Part shown: positions 63,433 to 64,000 of the stretch, in pieces
How positions within the stretch are numbered: the first letter of the stretch is position 1
How the letters are laid out: each line of letters opens with the position of its first letter
Position numbers and translations under genes: made by a program
Assembly (NCBI GenBank): GCA_963812905.1
Contig: CAWEWY010000003.1
Span: 1,527,470 to 1,591,469, forward strand
Reading direction: 5' to 3'
Length of the DNA: 64,000 bases
DNA from: an uncultured Solirubrobacterales bacterium
GTDB taxonomy: Bacteria > Actinomycetota > Thermoleophilia > Solirubrobacterales > 70-9
Notes under the pieces: generated by a model
Told to the model about the DNA's origin: nothing
The model's input: the letters and a program-made list of their open reading frames with translations, nothing else
The model's database searches: none

Positions 63433-63900
63433 TCAGCCGCGGGCGTGGCCGGCGTCGAAGCCCTGCTGGTAGGCGTCGAGGAAGGTCGCCGGCAGCGGCC
63501 GGTTGTCGGGGCTGTAGCGGGCGGCGGCGGTGAGGCGGCGGATCAGCTCGGCGTGGATGCCGTCGGTTCCGTCGGCGCCTCGCTGCGGCGGCACCGAGCA
63601 GGTAGCCGAGCTGGAGGTTGGCATCGCCGCCGGGTTCGGCCCGGGCCTCGGCGTTGAGCTTGGTCGCCGCGGCACCATCGCCGTGCCGACGGTGGCGAGG
63701 TCGCCGCCGGCCTGGTTCTCGGCCAGGCACTCGCTGATCGGCGGTCTCGCCGGCCAGCCGCACCGCTCCCGGCGCCTCCTCGAGCGCCTGCAGGTAGGCG
63801 CCCGCCCCTTCGAGGCAGGCGACCGGCGTCGAGCTCGTCCGTCGACCCGCAGCCGCCAAGGACCGCGAGGGCCGAGACTGCGATGGCGATCCGGGCACGC
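63433..63900 (-). CDS. Hypothetical lipoprotein (frame changes)
   Basis: MRARIAIAVSALAVLGGCGSTDEL… lipobox; the C-terminus is in another frame. Confidence 0.3.
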   Translation of the reverse strand, partial: ACPDRHRSLGPRGPWRLRVDGRARRRSPASKGRAPTCRRSRRRRERCGWPARPPISECLAENQAGGDLATVGTAMVPRRPSSTPRPGPNPAAMPTSSSATCSVPPQRGADGTDGIHAELIRRLTAAARYSPDNRPLPATFLDAYQQGFDAGHARG

Positions 63901-64000
63901 ATCGGCGGCAATCCTAGAAGCGCCCATGCCTAAAAAGCTTCCGCCAGAAGCGCCGCGCGCCGTGCGCAAGCTGCGACCTCCGCGATGGCCTTCGGGGGCC

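Overview
This is a 64-kb window of a very high-GC chromosome that looks like Actinomycetota, judged from gene content rather than any search: rpsF-ssb-rpsR-rplI, an MprAB-like two-component system with HtrA, GT87/DUF2029, DUF3117, an L,D-transpeptidase, a PAP2 phosphatase and hemA-hemC-cobA/hemD. Most of it is housekeeping core genome, but four things stand out.

(1) A tRNA-Arg(CCT) gene at 21365-21438 on the minus strand is abutted by a tyrosine integrase and an excisionase. These open a ~6-kb integrated island whose cargo is visibly AT-richer than the flanks. The cargo is an XRE regulator, a 671-aa protein with degenerate dGTPase/SAMHD1-like HD motifs, and a convergent Abi-alpha-like gene.

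(2) The island is followed by two diverged ~1.03-kb mini-elements in tandem. Each is bounded by a direct copy of the 5' ~41 nt of the tRNA and carries a two-gene toxin-antitoxin-like module. This looks like an accretion array of integrase-less elements at the same att site.

(3) Several families of nested-palindrome repeats are scattered through the window. One family (MITE-like, ~115 bp with ~22-bp terminal inverted repeats) has copies in the rpsF promoter region, beside otsA and in a divergent promoter; a related fragment lies in the hemC-hemA spacer. A second family has the motif CCGGTGCGCTTTATG...CATAAAGCGCACCGG. A third family is hairpins with AT-rich loops.

(4) A ccmABCD heme-exporter operon lies directly upstream of hemA-hemC-cobA/hemD.

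Many well-conserved genes (ssb, rpsF, galT, htrA, the PBP, hemA/C/D, ychF, both ALDHs and others) show single-nucleotide frame changes. Conserved protein sequence continues in the adjacent frame across each one. This is most consistent with indel errors in the assembly rather than genuine pseudogenes, so the supplied ORF track fragments these genes. Coordinates for such genes are approximate.
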